Of a stretch of DNA of 64,000 nucleotides, positions 10,951-23,051 are shown one piece after another (positions within the stretch are counted from its first letter, which is position 1; each line of letters begins with the position of its first letter). The notes under the pieces are model-generated. The model had not been told where the DNA came from and made no database searches. It was given only the letters and a program-made list of their open reading frames with translations. This stretch comes from an uncultured Hormoscilla sp. (GTDB lineage Bacteria > Cyanobacteriota > Cyanobacteriia > Cyanobacteriales > Desertifilaceae), in NCBI GenBank assembly GCA_963921275.4, contig OZ001293.3, positions 1,824,001 through 1,888,000 of the forward strand, given 5' to 3'. The translations under genes and the position numbers were made by a program.

Positions 10951-13137
10951 GCGTTGGTGGCAAAACACAAGAGGGATGCGTGATGGGTGGAGGAATTTAT
11001 CTGATTCAGGATAACGACCAGCTAGTTGAAATGACAGAACAACCCTATGAATCGGAAGAAAGACTGCAAGAACTGCTGGAAAAATATCCTAACCTCTTGG
11101 CAGGAGACCAGATAGATAGAGCAACGCCGAGACGATGGTTGTTAATCTCACGAGAAGTAAAATTACCTCTGGAAGAGGATAGCAATGAACAATGGTCTCT
11201 GGATCATTTGTTTGTGGATCACGATGCAATTCCGACCCTGGTGGAAGTCAAGGGGAACAGCAATACTCGCATCCGGCGAGAAGCGATCGGTCAGATGCTC
11301 GACTACGCTGCAAATATGATCGTTTACTGGCCAGTTGAGTCAATAGTTAGCCAGTTTGAAGCAAATTGTAAGTCTCAGGATAAAGATCCCGAACAGGTAT
11401 TTGAGGAATTTCTCGGGGTTGATGCTGACGAAGAGAAGTTTTGGCAAAAGGTCAAAACTAATCTGCAAGCGGGAAAACTGCGTCTTGTCTTTGTCTCAGA
11501 TGAGATAGTGGCGGAACTGCGGCGTGTGGTGGAGTTTCTGAATGAAAAGATGGACCCGGTAGAAGTATTGGGAGTGGAGATTAAGCAATACGTGAGTGCG
11601 GAGGGTCTAAAAACGCTGGTTCCCAGAGTGATTGGTAAGACAACAGAAGCGCAGCAGAAAAAATCCAGTGCGACTCTGGAGAGAAGACGCTGGGACGAAG
11701 TCTCATTCTTTCAGGAATATCAAGTTAGACAAGGTCCAGATGAAGCTCAGATAGCTAGAAAGATATATGAATGGGCTAAGAGCCAAAAAACATTAGTGGA
11801 AGTTCAGTGGGGTACAGGAGACACCTATGGCGGGTTTGTTGTTTGGGTGTCGGAAGAACCCCGATCGGCTTCTGAGCTGTTCCAGGTGGGGATTAATGGC
11901 AGACTACAGGTATCCTCTAGCACCTATGCAGCCTTCCCACAATTTAATAGTAATGAAAAATGGATGGAACTGAGAAGTAAACTGAGTGTCATTGGTCTGT
12001 CCCTGCCGATATCTCCTACTGAAAGAAGATTGACAACTTTTCAGTTGTCTAATTGTTTGCAGGATGAATTTGCCCTGGGGCGGGTGAATTAGGGGTCGAG
12101 CTGGGAATCGCTTCCCAACCCTCCCTTTCGAACCGTGCATGCGGTTTTCATCGCACACGGCTACTGGTTAGTTGGACCTTGTCATTGGCAGGATTACTGG
12201 GGATTGCTCCCTTTGTCCCTCTTCTTATGCAGTTTTTCCCCTTTATGGTAGTCGATAGGACTGTTTCGTATCTAGCTCCGGAAGGTTCGCGGGGGGTATC
12301 CAGGAAACCACTTATACCGCTCTTTGCTAACATTGCCCCTGTCTCGTCATTAGGGGACTTTTCAAGTTTTACCCGGCTAGAGTTTTAGTCCATATTACAA
12401 TCTAGGATTTCTCCTGATTTTTGGTACGTATTAGGGATACTTCCACCCAAGATTTCCAACTATATCCGACCCACGTCTGCCGGTACATTCCTGCACCACT
12501 TATACAAGGAGTTACCCCTGTCCTTTGCTTCTTGGGCCATCTCTCTCCACATGGCTTACGCTTATCATCTAACTGGTCCCTATCTCCTGACCACCGGTCG
12601 ATAGTCGAGTAGTTATGGACAGCACACGTGGAGTTACTTCGTTCCCTGGTATCATTTCACGATGTTTTTAGGTCCCTGCTTTACCCCGGGAGCTACTTTG
12701 AGTGTGATGTTGGCCATATGCAACAGCCAACACTAGCTACCATTTCCTTTTTAGGCCAGCGTGTAAGCCTTCTTCCGCTGGTTACACATAACGAGGCTTT
12801 CACAGATTCGTTTTCCTAACCATGAGCATCTTTCCTAGCGGAGTTGCCGACTTTGGGCTGTCAGCTATCCTACATTTAAGTCCTTGCTCCGCACCACGGT
12901 GATGTCACTCCGCAGCACTAAGGACCGGTGTCACCCCCACACCTGGGGAGAGGGAATTTAATCCCCATGATGACCAGAGTTACCATATTGAGCCTGATTA
13001 TGATTAGTTTTGGTTCTAAACATTCAGTCCAATTTTGGCTCGGCTTTTCCGTGTTTGTACAGGTTAGGCCGAAACGAGTCGCACTACAAACTTTTGATTG
13101 GGTGGTTGAGCAAATCTTACCTTCATCAGAGGCGTAG
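10947..13137 (+). pseudogene. Putative PD-(D/E)XK nuclease-like protein whose 3' end is interrupted by an antisense group II intron
   Basis: LDHLFVD...LVEVK...GQMLDYA motif. Joining 12087 to 13085 gives ...LGRV-IQTFDWVVEQILPSSEA*. Confidence 0.65.
12088..13084 (-). ncRNA. ORF-less group II intron (IIB-like), copy 1
   Basis: 5' GTGCG; domain V AGCCGTGTGCGATGAAAACCGCATGCACGGTT; domain VI ending CTCGACCCCTAAT; clean removal restores the host frame; no RT ORF. Confidence 0.92.
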
Positions 13138-13190
13138 TCCGGGCGTCTCGCCTGTCCGAGGTAACTGACCACTGGGAACTGACACTCATT

Positions 13191-13436
13191 ACTAGGCGCT
13201 TTCGCGCCTGGGAAGCACTCTTCGTGCTTACTACGAACCACCGAAGCACTAAGGGAACTGCAAAAAATAAATTCTCCAATTTAAGGAGTTGACCTGCTTT
13301 TTTACTTCCCCTACTCCCTGCTCGGGTGCTCCCTGCTCGGGTGCTCCCTGCTCCGGGATTGGTGATTTTTTTATTTGGAAGTCCCTAAAGTGCTTACTAC
13401 GAACCACCGAAACACTCTTCGTGCTTACTACGAACG
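13191..13436. repeat. REP-like GTGCTTACTACGAAC cluster plus a 15-nt CTCCCTGCTCGGGTG tandem
   Basis: GTGCTTACTACGAAC occurs three times here and once inverted at ~63480-63525; the 15-mer occurs about three times at 13314-13355. Confidence 0.7.
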
Positions 13437-13443
13437 GGATGGA

Positions 13444-14660
13444 TTAATAGGGTTCGATGCGGGCCACAATACTGTAACTTTTGAGCTGTTGCACGAGTTG
13501 CTCCGCTTTCGACAGATTGATGAAGGCTCCAACTTGCATCACTCGGCGACCTCTGGAAAAACTCCGGAAGGCATCGGGAACGAGATCGCGCACCCGACTC
13601 TGTTCCCAGGGAGTGGCGGCCTCGACTACGACTCGATAGCGCAAACTTTGAGCTTAAGTGACCGGCGGTGGTGGTGCGGGAACTATGGGTGGCGGCAGGA
13701 CTGCTTGCCGATCGGGTCCTGGTAAGGGTGTTGCTGTAGCTTGGGAAGATGCAGGAGTTGGCACGGCGGAAACTAGCTGAGTGATTTCTTGAAAATCGAT
13801 CTTTCCACTGGTACGAGATGCGCTCAATTAATTGCCAAAAGCTGGGATATTATTGCTGGAATTGGCGCTAATGTCAAGTTCGCCATTGTTCTGAAAAATA
13901 TTGCCTCCCGCCTCATTCGCAGTTCCTAAGTTGGGATTGGCTGATCGCTACTAACCCATTATCGGCTATTCCCTACGATGGTATTGTTCCGCAAGACGGA
14001 TAAAGCATGAGCTTGAACGAGAATGCCGTCTTTATTGCCAGTGATGCGGTTGCCAATCAGCACTGGCGCAGCGGACTCAGCAATGTTGATGCCAAACCCG
14101 GTATTTTCAAAGTGGTTATCCCGCACCTCTGGTCCCGAAATGCCGTAGATTGTTATCCCATTGGCTCCATTTTGGACAAAGTAGTTGCCTGCGATCGCGC
14201 CTCCACTGTTGCCAGTCACGGAAATGCCATCATGGGTACTGCCAGTAAATGTATTGTCAGTTACCGTAACTGAGCTTGATTCAATCCACAAACCATATCC
14301 CCGTGGGTGGGGATTGGTGAGGGTCACACCAGCGATCGCGGCTTTGTTGGCTCCCAGAATCGTAATGTTTTGACGGGCAAAGGTGGGACTCAGGTAATAT
14401 CCGCCTCCCCGGATAATGATATCCTTGCCTTTGGTGGGCCGATCGCCCAAAATCGTCACTCCGGGTTTGAGGTGCAGGGGAAAAAATTCACCAGTCTCAG
14501 TGCTATAGATGCCTGAGGCCAATTGGATGACTGTGTCAGGCTGGGCTATTCTTAATGCTTGAGTAATGGTTTTCAATGGAGCAGTTGAGCTGCCATCGCC
14601 AGTGGCATCATTACCAGTAGCCGGATTGACAAATAACTGATTTCTCTCTGATTTGGTCTC
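13444..14660 (-). pseudogene. DUF1565 / parallel beta-helix protein, fragmented
   Basis: LFVNPATGND..GSSTAPLKTITQAL and beta-helix repeats; stop at 13959; separate C-terminal fragment VPDAFRS...MQVGAF. Confidence 0.75.
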
Positions 14661-14846
14661 AATATATGATTCACGTCGATCCTCCTGACATAGGAGTTGT
14701 TGATTTTTTCATGAGGACTTCCTGGTTTCCTTCTAACCCTTGATTTCGGGCATGCTAAAACCTAAAATCTACTAGCGGTGAGCGGAGCCGAACCGCCATA
14801 AGGAAAAGTTAACTATGATAACGAGCAAATAAGTGAGGATGTTCCG

Positions 14847-15929
14847 ATGGGGGATAGACATGAGGGAAATAGATTCGCCCAGTCGGCTATTTACCGGATT
14901 TTGGATGCTAACTTAGACCGCGCCCGCGAAGGTTTGCGCATTGTAGAAGAATGGTGTCGCTTTGGTCTCAATAGCGAACAGATGACAGAAGAATGTAAGC
15001 AACTGCGGCACTCACTAGCCTTGTGGCATAGTCGGGAAATTCGCTCAGCGCGAGATACTCCCTCTGACCCGGGTACTGATTTGACCCATGCCCAAGAACA
15101 ACGGCGTTCTGATATTGGACAGCTATTGCAGGCAAACTTTTATCGGGTGGAAGAAGCGCTGCGGGTGTTGGAAGAGTATAGCAAGCTGGATAATCCGGAT
15201 ATGGCAGCGGCGTGTAAGCAGATGCGCTATCGAGTCTACAGTCTGGAAAGTAATTTGTTGGCTTATCGGCGTCGTCAGCAGTTGTGGGCATCGCAGCTGT
15301 ATCTGGTGACATCTGCTTCGGAAAAGCTGTTGACTATTGTAGAAGCAGCTCTGCAAGGGGGGTTAACTCTGGTACAGTACCGGGATAAAACAGAGGAAGA
15401 TATGGTCCGGTTCGAGCAAGCGGAAAAACTGCGGGAACTCTGCACTCGCTATGAGGCATTATTCATTATGAATGACCGGGTGGATTTGGCTGTGGCGGTG
15501 GATGCTGATGGTGTTCACTTGGGACAGCAGGATGTTCCTATTGCTTTGGCCCGCAAGTTGCTCGGTCCCCAACGACTGATCGGTCGCTCGACTACTAACC
15601 CAGAGGAAATGGAACGGGCGATCGCTCAAGGGGCTGATTACATTGGGGTAGGACCAGTTTATGAAACTCCTACTAAACCGGATAAACCTGCTGCTGGTCT
15701 CGATTATGTTCGCCATGCGGCCCAACATGCTAAGATTCCCTGGTTCGCGATCGGGGGCATTGATGTGAATAACTGCAATGAGGTGCTGTCTGCTGGCGCC
15801 CAGCGCATAGCTGTTGTCCGAGCGATCGTGCAGGCGGAGGAGCCAACTTTAGCCACTCAGTATTTCCTCTCTCAACTGAGGAGTATTGAAACTCTTAAAT
15901 ATGTCAACAAGACCGTCGTGTCTTCTTAA
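14847..15929 (+). CDS. thiE: Thiamine-phosphate synthase (long cyanobacterial form)
   Basis: RILDANLDRAREGLR N-domain; QYRDK, MNDRVD, HLGQQD and FAIGGI motifs. Confidence 0.96.
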   Translation: MGDRHEGNRFAQSAIYRILDANLDRAREGLRIVEEWCRFGLNSEQMTEECKQLRHSLALWHSREIRSARDTPSDPGTDLTHAQEQRRSDIGQLLQANFYRVEEALRVLEEYSKLDNPDMAAACKQMRYRVYSLESNLLAYRRRQQLWASQLYLVTSASEKLLTIVEAALQGGLTLVQYRDKTEEDMVRFEQAEKLRELCTRYEALFIMNDRVDLAVAVDADGVHLGQQDVPIALARKLLGPQRLIGRSTTNPEEMERAIAQGADYIGVGPVYETPTKPDKPAAGLDYVRHAAQHAKIPWFAIGGIDVNNCNEVLSAGAQRIAVVRAIVQAEEPTLATQYFLSQLRSIETLKYVNKTVVSS

Positions 15930-16143
15930 TGAAACAGTTAAGATCCCCCCAAACCCCCCTTAAGAAGGCTTACAGGGGTAGGTTTTTTGCTTAACTGTCA
16001 AATATTTTCAAATATTATGCAAGCACAGCATGATTGTAGTATAATGATGATGTCGGCAGGTCCAAGGCATCTTAGAACTAGTAGTCTGTCAAGATTGAGT
16101 TGACAGATGAAGAACGGTATAGCAGTCTGGAATTAAGTAATCC

Positions 16144-16336
16144 GGCTCTTCGGTACAAAGCAATGGTATAATGTCTAAAAAAATAAGGTTGTAAGCCTTG
16201 CTGCGCAAGGCGAGGGAGCCCCTTAGCATACATTCAGGAAGGGAAAATGGGTTAATCAATTCGCCCCTCGCCTTACACTGCAAGGCGAGGGGCGGTTTTT
16301 AACTATCAATTTAGCGCTCCCAAGTACCGAAGACCC
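16144..16336. mobile_element. 193-bp ISL3-derived MITE
   Basis: Ends GGCTCTTCGGTAC / GTACCGAAGACCC match the ISL3 ends at 46547 and 47905; 8-bp TSD AGTAATCC. Confidence 0.85.
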
Positions 16337-16536
16337 AGTAATCCTTGTATCCGTTGCAGGGTAAGGGTCAGAATCAATAATGGGGAGAGATTCGAATCGG
16401 ATCTCGAGAAGATAATTATTAAGAATATCGGCTACCAACTTAAGCCGGGACAGTAAGTCTGGGTAAGGGATTCGACGGTTGTCTAAAAGATGACTGTCGT
16501 GGCAGAGGGAGTTCACCCATATGGTCTACCACCCAC

Positions 16537-17592
16537 TCAAATAAGTTGGGAAAAGAGTGTCCAAAGAGTCGGGTTCGCTGCCGTGGAGCCATCCGCTCGC
16601 CTGATGTCAAAATTGTGGATGACGGTGAGCACTGTTAACGTTTGAGCGGAAAAACCGCGCGAAGTATGATGGAGACGAGATAAATAACCATTGCGTCCTT
16701 CCACAGCTTTATAGGTACGTTGATATTTTGTACAGATCCAGTGTGCCCAGGACACCCACAGAAGAGCGAGCTATGGCTGCGCCACGCTGCGCGGTCGGTT
16801 TTTAGTTGTTGGGTAATAGGGTGGCTAATTAAGCGGTCATAGGCTTGCTCCGCAGCCCCCTGATAGGCAACTTTTCCTTCGCAATGTGTAGTTTGGTCTG
16901 CTTGTTGGTGCCAATAGGTCCAAGGTAGCAGGAGTTCGATAACCCACTGTTGTAAGGCCAGATCGTCGGTTTTGACCTTGAGCGCAAGGCTTTCCCTAAC
17001 ACCACCAAGCATGAATGCCTTGAGCAAAAGAGGGGATTTGTTGTTGGAAGCTATCAATGGCACTATTAGCTTTACTGGAGCCGTAGCGCCAAGCCAGGGA
17101 GCGCAACTGTTCGTTCTTGAGAATCAAGACTTAGCTCAAGCTTCTGCCACAATTGCCAGTTCCCGGTGGTGAGGTTGAATGGATGAATCCCTTGGGTTAT
17201 AGCATGGAGAGTCTGGTGATAGGTACTCTGGGCAGATTCATAGTCAAGCCGTTGCCGTGCGGCGCTGTTCGAGTTTTCCTTGAAGTTCGGCTCCAACCGT
17301 ATGGCTTTCAAGAATTCCTCCAGACTCTCGGCCCCTATTCCCTGTTTGATGCCGAAGTAATAGACTATCCCTAAGACCAACAGCTTTAACCAAGCTCCTC
17401 CCACCTGTGTCTCCCACCAAGATGATTCTGGATGCTTCCCTCGACGCGCTATCCCTTGTTGATGACGCTGGACACTGCTTTTGGATAGACCGGTGGCATT
17501 GGCAATCGCTAGTCAAGCTTTGGTCACCCTTTTCCTGGAGACCTTTGGCTACTAATGACCATCGTTCCCGTATAGTGAGACTCATCGTTCCC
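16537..17592 (-). mobile_element. Degraded transposase-like gene (DUF6399 type)
   Basis: Fragments in several frames: YQRTYKAVEGRNGYLS, LTVIHNFDIRRADGSTAA, KLLVLGIVYYFGIKQGIGAE. Confidence 0.65.
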
Positions 17593-17719
17593 GATTTGAA
17601 TATTGACAAGGGATACGATACCAATCCCTGTGACCCATAGCAGGGATTTTCCCTCATGTGATTGTTTATACCCATACTGGGATGAATTTCTGTCCCGCTT
17701 TACGCTGATAGCCGTAATG

Positions 17720-18698
17720 GAGTTCCATTAGGAATAATAAATCAGCAGGTGTGGGCACGGGATATTTCTACTATTGACAAAAAGCATTCTCGGCATAAAA
17801 AAGAAACTAAAGATAAAGAAAGCCAGAGATGGTTGGATGTGCTGTTGGCAACTGAAGCGGTGATGCCATCGGATGTAACGATCGTAACAGTAGCTGACTG
17901 TGAGGCAGACATATATGACTTTTTAGCCATGAAGAGGCGAGAAAGGTCCGAGGTTTTAATTCGCGCTTATCAGAACCGTTCAGTTCATACAGTTGACTCT
18001 GATGAAGTCGAGAAATTGTCTTTAGCTATCCGCCAAATTGCTCCAGTCGGAAAACTTTCAATAGAACTATAAAAAACTCCTGAAAGAAAAGCACGGTCAG
18101 CTACCTTAATACTACATCTCTGTAGAGATTCAACCACCTAAAGAACATATTAACTATAAATCATTAAAGCAAATTAAAGTACAAGCAATTCTGGCAGAAG
18201 AAGAACAGCCACCAGCAGGACTCAGTTAGTTGGTTATTATTAACAACGGTTACGATAAGTAGCTTTGATGACGTGGATCAATGCCTACGTTGCTATAGTT
18301 ATCGTTGGTTAATTGAAGGTTACCATTATGTATTAAAAAGTGATTGTGGTTTAGAAAAACTACAACTATAAACAGCCGAAAGGATTGAGAAAGCTTTAGC
18401 AACTTATACAATTGTAGCATGGCGATTATTATGGCTGACTTATGAAGCACGTTATAACCCCACCAGCAGATCCGATCTTAGAAACCCATGAATGGCAAGC
18501 TCTTTACTGCACAATTAATAAAACTTCAACTCCACCATCCGCCAAAAATCAAAACTTGTGTTCATTGGATTGCGCTCATTGGGTGGTTTTTTAGGACGGA
18601 AAAGGGATGGTGAACCAGGAGTGAAAACTATTTGGCAAGGCTTGAGACGGTTACATGATATAGCTAATACTTGGATTCTGGCTTCCTCATCTCAATGA
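17720..18698 (+). mobile_element. IS4-family (IS50/Tn5-like) transposase remnant
   Basis: KESQRW, VTVADCEADIY and GGFLGRKRDGEPGVKTIWQG motifs; frameshifted. Confidence 0.85.
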
Positions 18699-18832
18699 AA
18701 GAATTATAGCGGTTTTCACAAGGCGTGAGGCACATCCACGATCCCCCTAAATCCCCCCTTAAGAAGCTATGGCTTACTCACATCTTTCTTAACAATATGA
18801 AATCCTTACACCGTCTTGATTTGAGTACGAGT

Positions 18833-18896
18833 GCTTTAACAAAGTTAACAATATGCTTTAACAAAGTTAACAATATGCTTCAAAAAAGTTAACATA
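18833..18896 (+). repeat. Short tandem repeat x3 (GCTTTAACAAAGTTAACAATAT)
   Basis: Read directly; the third unit is degenerate. Confidence 0.8.
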
Positions 18897-19008
18897 AAGA
18901 GCGCGACGATACGAAAGGCTTGTAGCGCCGCAGCGTCGGGACGTTCGCCCTTAGCCAAAAAGTAAAATCATGATTAAATTTTACGACTCTTGCTTGGGCG
19001 CGTTGCTA

Positions 19009-19881
19009 GGGCGTGTCATCAATTAAGCCATATTACAGCTGCCGCGAGGTAGATGGCACCCAAGAAATTGCGAGCCGTTTTATCGTAGCGTGTCGCCAGA
19101 GCCCTGTATTGCTTGAGTTTTTGGAATAGATTTTCAATTAGATGCCGCCACTTGTACATTTCTTCATCGTATTCTCTGTGTTCTGTGCGGTTACTTTTTG
19201 GAGGAATGACAGCCATCCAATCCGCCTCTTTCAGGCGCTCGAGCACACGTTGTTCCGCATCATAGGCTTTATCTGCAAGCAGCGCGCCAATCTCACCGAT
19301 TTTATCCAATAGCACGTCAGCGCCTTTCCCGTCGTGGGCTTGACCAGGGGTAAGATGAAATCCTGTGGGATTGCCTTGGGCAATCGCAAGTGGCATGAAT
19401 CTTTGTCGATAGTCCCCCTTTACTACGGCCTATGGCTTGGGTTTCGCACGTATCTGAGGGTGTTTTTTTTTGCACCCGCACGCTCGTTGATGGGCACGCA
19501 GGATGGTGGCATCAATCGCGGCGTATTCGTTATCGGCGTCTGAGGCCAAGACATCGAATACCTGCTTCCAAACTCCCTTTTCAGACCAACGGGTATGGCG
19601 GGTATGAACAACCCGAAAATCCCCAAAACACTCCGGTAAATCCCGCCAGGGAATGCCAGCACGATATCGATATAACACGGCAGAACACGAATAATCTATT
19701 GTTCTTGGCTGTAGCGCCTGGGTCACCCTCTTTACCAGGTAAAAGGTGTTCAATCCGTTCCCACTGGTCGTCTCGCAAGCCATAGCGTCTCATATCATGC
19801 CCTCTTGATTGTTATTGCTGGATAAGGACTCCATACCGTATCCATCTATTTCTGTCAAGCAATTTGATTGATGACACACCC
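19009..19881 (-). mobile_element. IS5-family (IS427-like) element with frameshifted transposase
   Basis: TIRs GGGCGTGTCATCAAT / ATTGATGACACACCC flanked by [23 protein letters not shown] and ATRYDK motifs. Confidence 0.92.
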
Positions 19882-20163
19882 TAATATTATATAGAGCAGG
19901 AGCTCTGAACAATTCGATATTGACAGAAAATTATGAAGCCATGGGCATCCGATAGCGCTGCGCTGGGGGCGCAGCCATAGAACTAAAATCTGCTGGGCGA
20001 TCGCCGTCGTAATAAAAGACTGGTGAAGCTCGGATCAGATGAACGCAGAACAACCCTTTTGAATGGCTGCGCCACGCTGCGCGAACGGATGGCGGCAATG
20101 TGTGTGTCTATGGCTGCGCCACGCTGCGCGATTGGCTACCACCGGTAGTTACCTTGTCTTAGA

Positions 20164-20522
20164 AGATATCTCTGCTCCTTGCTCTTGTCCCCGGGGCCGG
20201 GGACATGGACGGCACACAGGAGACATCTGGAGATATCTCTGCTCCTTGCTCTTGTCCCCGGGGCCGGGGACATGGACGGCACACAGGAGACATAGATGCT
20301 TACTTTGCCCCTGGGAGCTTGTAGCTTTTGTTCGGTGAAAACCAGTTACACCTATCGTGTAGCGTGGCGCAGCCATATCAGTCGCGTGAGGAGCGCTTGC
20401 CGTTGGGAAACACCCCTTACCACCTCCACCACTCAAGCTCCTTCGATATCTCTGCTCCTTGCTCTTGTCCCAGGGGACATGGCTGCGCTCCCGCAAGGGA
20501 TACGGCACACAGGAGACATCGA
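20164..20522. repeat. Composite palindromic mini-element: two tandem ~67-bp copies plus a third copy with an extra insert
   Basis: GATATCTCTGCTCCTTGCTCTTGTCC...GGACATGG^ACGGCACACAGGAGACAT at ~20164, ~20231 and ~20445; inverted relative at 55426-55504. Confidence 0.85.
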
Positions 20523-20954
20523 CGTGGGAAACCACCCATATGAGGAAAGAGGATACAGTTAAGAAATCTCGAAGATGATACCTCTACCTTTATCAGTTCT
20601 ACAGTCAAACTATATGGAAAGCTAGTAACAGTAAGCTACCGCAAAGCGTGACTTACATTATCGAAGTCCCAAGCCGTCATAAATCAGGTTTGTATTAACT
20701 GTACCTACCTTGTAGTAAGCAACTGATTCTTCGATGTGCTCGAAGAGCGTGCGACTATCGCGTAGCAATATGGAGCGTTTTGTTATAAAAAACGCATTGG
20801 GCTATGGCAGCGCTATCGGCGGCCACGACGGGGTGCAAAGCCTTTGACAGAGAGGATTATCTGTTGATTTGAGCCAGCAGAATCTCAGCTATAACTTTTC
20901 ACTGTCCAGATGTCGAGAACCACATAATTTAATCAGCTATTCAACGAGATAATA

Positions 20955-23051
20955 TAGCGTTTCTCATAGTCATGAGGTACAGTAACAGCAGTGAGCAAAC
21001 CAATTGTGAATGTCTTGCTGACTTACCTGTAGAATAGCATCTGCAATTGCCTCGATTAAATCTTTATAGGTTCTTGCTTTAACTTTCCTTAAAAAAGCGG
21101 TTCTTCTCAATCTAGTATGCTAAAATAGGTCTTGAATAGGCGTTGATGCGCCCGCTCAACGGGAGATCCTGAAAGCCGGAAAACCTTTTATACCTTGACA
21201 TTCAGCTTATAGTTGTGGTATAATACGCTCTCTAGAAAAAACAGGGAGAATTTATAAGATGCCACGCTCGAAAAAATACTAACAACATTGTTAAACATTC
21301 CAGAGGTGAAAGTTGTCGGGTATACCGAGACTCATTTAACAGAAGTGATGATGACAATTGAGGGCAAGGTAATTATTTAGCTGTTTTAGCCGTGTCTCCT
21401 GGGAGCGCTATTCGCACTACCCAGGAGACACGGCGTGGACATTGAGAATAGCAAACTTCTGGAAATAGTTAAGTCTTGGCGACGATCTGCGTCTTGCTAT
21501 CATGGGATGTTGAATGCTATTGAAGAAGTGAGTATAGATATGTGGAAACCGTATCAAAGTTTAGTGGAAGAATTGATGCCTAATGCTGAAGTTATAGCTG
21601 ACCGTGTGACTAAGCAAGTAAATGAGGAATTAGATAATTGTCGAAAACAAATATGAAGCCCAAAAAATTAAGAAAAAGTCAGAAAAAGAAGAACTATTAT
21701 CTGGATTAAATAAAACTAAAAAATGAAGAAAAATTTAAAGAAGAACAAGAAATTAAGCTGAAAGAAATCCAAGAAAAAATTCCAAAATTGGGAAAAATGC
21801 ACCGTCTAAAGGAGCAGCTACGCATGATATATGAGAGATCCGGGAAAATCCCACCTTACAAATGATCGATTGGCTTCTAGATGCAAAAGAATATTTCCAC
21901 GTGTGAGGACAATTATTAGATGGTTCGGAGAAATTGTCGGTTATTTTGAATCGGGGACAATTCAAGAAACTGTGTCAGGAATAAATAACCGTCTCAAGTT
22001 AATTAAGCGTAGGGGATATGGGTTCAGAAATATGGAAAATTTTCGCTTGCGTAGTCTACTTTCCTGGTGCTTTTAGCATCAATCTAGCATACTAGATTGA
22101 GAAGAGCCAAAAAAGCTTTAACTTTAGACCAAAAGTTTTCAATTGGAGAAAAGGAGAATAAGGAGATAAATAAATTAATTTGGCGCCTACTTTTTCAATA
22201 GCTTCTCAAAGCATTTTACCTTGATGAATTTTAGCATTATCCATGACTACACAAGCATTTTCCCTGCGGTACTAAATCTATTACTATAAAAGCTTCAAAA
22301 GTTATCGCCGTAAAATTCTCTTATAGCTACTACTTTTTCTAATGACAAAGCACCAATTAATGAAACATTTTTTCCTCTTTTTTGAGGTTTACTCTCTCTG
22401 ACCCTTTTCCCTTTTAAACTTCTACCATACATCCAGTGCTAAATTTACATTCATCTACAAATAATAAGTCTTTAGGGTTAATGTCTGCTTTCCCAATATT
22501 TTACTCTTTTTTCAAATACATCGTTCTTTTTATGTGCAAAGGTTTTTTTTGTAGTTTAATTTTTGAGTAATTCTTCTCATTGTCTCCCACGTTTTTTCAT
22601 AAAGCAATTCACATAACTCTTCAAGCGTTGCATCATTATTAGTCTCCATAATTTCTACTAAACTAACTAATTGCTCACTATTCAACTTAGTCGGTGGACT
22701 ACAGACGTTTGGGTCTAATATCGCCTGTTTCTTTATATTGCTTAATCAAGTTTTGAATAAAACTCTTGGCCGAAAACCTTGAGCTAATTTACGAAGAGAT
22801 GTCTTTTCCTGTTCGTAAACTTCTATTAGTTTTTGTCTAAAGTCTATTGAATATGGTTTCATCGCTTTCCTAACACTCCTTTTTGAACTTACTTTTATTA
22901 TAGCGAGCCGGGCATCATTTGTGCAAATATCGCTCTCCCGAGCACCTGCGGCTCAAACCATTACCCTTGCAGGGTAATGGTTTGAGCAAAAATCGCTGCC
23001 CGACTCTTGCAAGGCTTACTATATTGTACCTCATAACTCTGAGAAATGCTA
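20955..23051 (-). mobile_element. Degraded IS630-family element interrupted by ISL3
   Basis: TIRs TAGCGTTTCTCATAGTCATGAGGTACA / TGTACCTCATAACTCTGAGAAATGCTA; MKPYSIDFRQK start at 22862. Confidence 0.85.
21099..22108 (+). mobile_element. Internally deleted ISL3-family element
   Basis: TIRs GG(T/C)TCTTCTCAATCTAGTATGCTA; 8-bp TSD AAAAAAGC; VSIDMWKPY and GINNRLKLIKRRGYGFRN motifs. Confidence 0.92.

Noticed and set aside
12148..13279. Small ORFs inside intron copy 1 (and 52143-52905 in copy 3) as maturases
   Set aside because: They are short and have no RT motifs such as YADD; they are chance frames in structured RNA.
20063..20608. Cluster of GC-rich ORFs
   Set aside because: They are translations of palindromic mini-elements within IS debris.
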